Positions 61,664 to 64,000 of a DNA stretch of 64,000 bases are shown in pieces. Made by a program: the position numbers and the translations under genes. The notes beneath the pieces were generated by a model that worked only from the letters and a program-made list of their open reading frames with translations, did not search any database and had not been told where the DNA came from. This DNA comes from Octopus sinensis (lineage: Eukaryota), in contig NC_043013.1 of assembly GCF_006345805.1 (NCBI RefSeq), forward strand, positions 36,580,001 to 36,644,000, in the 5' to 3' direction. Positions within the stretch are counted from its first letter, which is position 1; the number at the start of each line of letters is the position of its first letter.

Positions 61664-62514
61664 GTCCATACATATACGTACATACACACACACATATACA
61701 TAAAAAATATATATATGTGTATATATGTTACATATATTCATATATATATATATATATATACATGTATATGTATATATGTGTGTGATTTTGTGTATTTGTG
61801 TGTATATATATATATACATATACATGCATGCATATATATATGTACATATATATGTGTATGTGTGTGTATACACGTATAGGAAGAGAGGGGGAGAAAGAAA
61901 TAAGAGGTGGAGAAGAGAGGGAAGAAGGTGGTGATGATTGTGTGAGGGGTGTTTTATTTTTTTAAAGTGGCATTTTAAAATTTTCTAATGGCCAATGAAA
62001 TGAAGAAGTGGCTGGTTGGTTAGGAGGAATCGTGGGAGGAGTTAGCAAAGGATAAAATAATTTTGGGTGGAGGGAGGAAGAGACAGAGTGAGAAAGAAAA
62101 CAGAGAGAGAGAGAGAGGGGGTGGGAGGTGATGAAGGGAGAGGGGAAAAATTGGAAGTACTTGAGAGAGAAAGGGGTGAAAGAGAGGTAAAAGGGGTGGG
62201 GAAAGGATGAGGGAGAGGTGAGAGAATTAAAGATCAATTTTAGGAAAGGCCTGAAAGGTTGAAAAGTGGAAAGGGAAGTTAGCGGGGTGGGATGAAATGA
62301 GATAAATTTGATGACACGGATAATGAGTGAGGGCAGTGAGAGAGAGGGAGAGAACCAGAGGGATTGAGGGGAGAGAGAGAGAGAGAGAGGGGAGAAGGAA
62401 AGAATAGAAGAGAGTGAGAAGAAGGGAAAGTGAGGAGGTGTTGGTGGAAGAAAGGGTGGAGAAAGAAATGAAAGAATTAGAAGGAAAGTGTGATGCTAGA
62501 ATTAGTATAGTTAT

Positions 62515-62809
62515 GAAAGACAGACAGACAGACAGACAGATAGATAGATAGATAGATAGATAGGTAGATATATGGATGGATGGACAGAGGGATAGATGGG
62601 TGGGTGGGAGGATGGATGGACAGATAGATGTATAGTTAGATAGATAGATAGATAGATAGATAGTTAGATAGATAGACAGATAGATGGATGGATGGATGGA
62701 TGGATGGATGGGTGGGAGGGAGGGTGGATGGATGGATGAATAGATGGGTAGATGGACAGAGAGATAATCAGATAAATGGGTAGATAGATAGATAGATAGA
62801 TAGACAGAC

Positions 62810-62876
<67 letters not shown>

Positions 62877-63047
62877 CAGATAGATAGGTAAGTAGGTGGA
62901 TAGATAGATAGATAGATAGTTAGATAGATAGATAGATAGATAGATAGACAGACAGATAGATAGATAGATATATAGATAGATAGATAGAATAGATAGATAG
63001 ATAGAATAGATAGATAGATAGACAGACAGATAGATAGATAGACAGAC

Positions 63048-63078
<31 letters not shown>

Positions 63079-64000
63079 CAGATAGATAGGTAAGTAGGTG
63101 GATAGATAGATAGATAGATGATAGATAGATAGATAGTTAGATAGATAGATAGAATAGATAGATAGATAGGTAGATATATGGATGGATGGACAGATAGATG
63201 TATAGTTAGATAGATAGACAGATAGATAGATAGAATAGATAGATAGATAGATAGAATAGATAGATAGATAGACAGACAGATAGATAGATAGACAGGCAGA
63301 CAGACAGACAGATAGATAGATAGATAGATAGACAGATAGATAGATAGATAGAATAGATAGATAGATAGAATAGATAGATAGATATATAGATAGATAGATA
63401 GATAGGTAGATATATGGATGGATGGACAGATAGATGTATAGTTAGATAGATAGATAGATGATAGATAGATAGATAGTTAGATAGATAGATAGAATAGATA
63501 GATAGATAGATAGTTAGATAGATAGATAGTTAGATAGATAGATAGTTAGATAGATAGATAGGTAGATATATGGATGGATGGACAGAGGGATAGATGGGTG
63601 GGTGGGAGGATGGATGGACAGATAGATGTATAGTTAGATAGATAGACAGACAGATAGATAGATAGATAGGTAGATATATGGATGGATGGACAGATAGATG
63701 TATAGTTAGATAGATAGATAGAATAGATAGATAGATAGACAGATAGATAGGTAAGTAGGTGGATAGATAGATAGATAGTTAGATAGATAGATAGATAGTT
63801 AGATAGATAGACAGATAGATAGGTAAGTAGGTGGATAGATAGATAGATAGACAGACAGATAGATAGATAGATATATAGATAGATAGATAGATGATAGATA
63901 GATAGACAGGCAGACAGACAGACAGACAGACAGACAGATAGATAGATAGATAGATAGACAGGCAGACAGACAGACAGACAGATAGATAGATAGATAGTTA
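62515..64000. repeat. (GATA)n/(GACA)n/(GGAT)n satellite with higher-order blocks, runs off the window end
   Basis: About 1.5 kb. Recurrent block TAGGTAGATATATGGATGGATGGACAGA(TAGATGTATAGTTAGA). A longer block at about 62560-62640 recurs at about 63560-63640. Confidence 0.97.

Noticed and set aside
117-62237. Several hundred ORFs in the supplied six-frame track
   Set aside because: Almost all are translations of di-, tri- or tetranucleotide repeats (YI, CV, HT, poly-H/I/D/S) or run through SINEs. None shows a recognisable domain.

Overview
Eukaryotic, repeat-saturated, essentially non-coding DNA. The SINE/LINE families and the very high (TA)n/(CA)n/(GAT)n/(AAT)n/(GATA)n content look like an Octopus genome (recognition from memory, not database-checked), probably a giant intron or gene desert. 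No intact gene is supportable. Nearly all ORFs in the supplied track are microsatellite translations. The real coding remnants are all transposon-derived, frameshifted and missed by the track: a Penelope-like RT (1994-2575, minus), a Penelope GIY-YIG C-terminus (32131-32460, minus), RTE LINE 3' ends, an L1/Tx1 ORF2 C-terminus (41520-42090, minus) and an R4/Dong-type C-terminus (42175-42357, plus). Several tRNA-headed SINE families (working names A, C, D, F, G, H) and hAT, Tc1/mariner, Tigger, piggyBac-like and Helitron non-autonomous elements are present, often nested. Most notable: three minimal type I hammerhead ribozyme motifs in Penelope-type termini with non-canonical cores (a shared U4C variant and an apparent A3-U8 covariant), several closely spaced inverted SINE pairs and long palindromes (potential dsRNA/ADAR substrates), two elements embedded in (AAT)n arrays, minus-strand recursive-splice-like AG|GT motifs and small exon candidates, and homeodomain-site clusters. 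There is one 100-N gap and signs of long-read indel noise. Most SINE/LINE boundaries are approximate; TIR, TSD and ribozyme coordinates were counted by hand.
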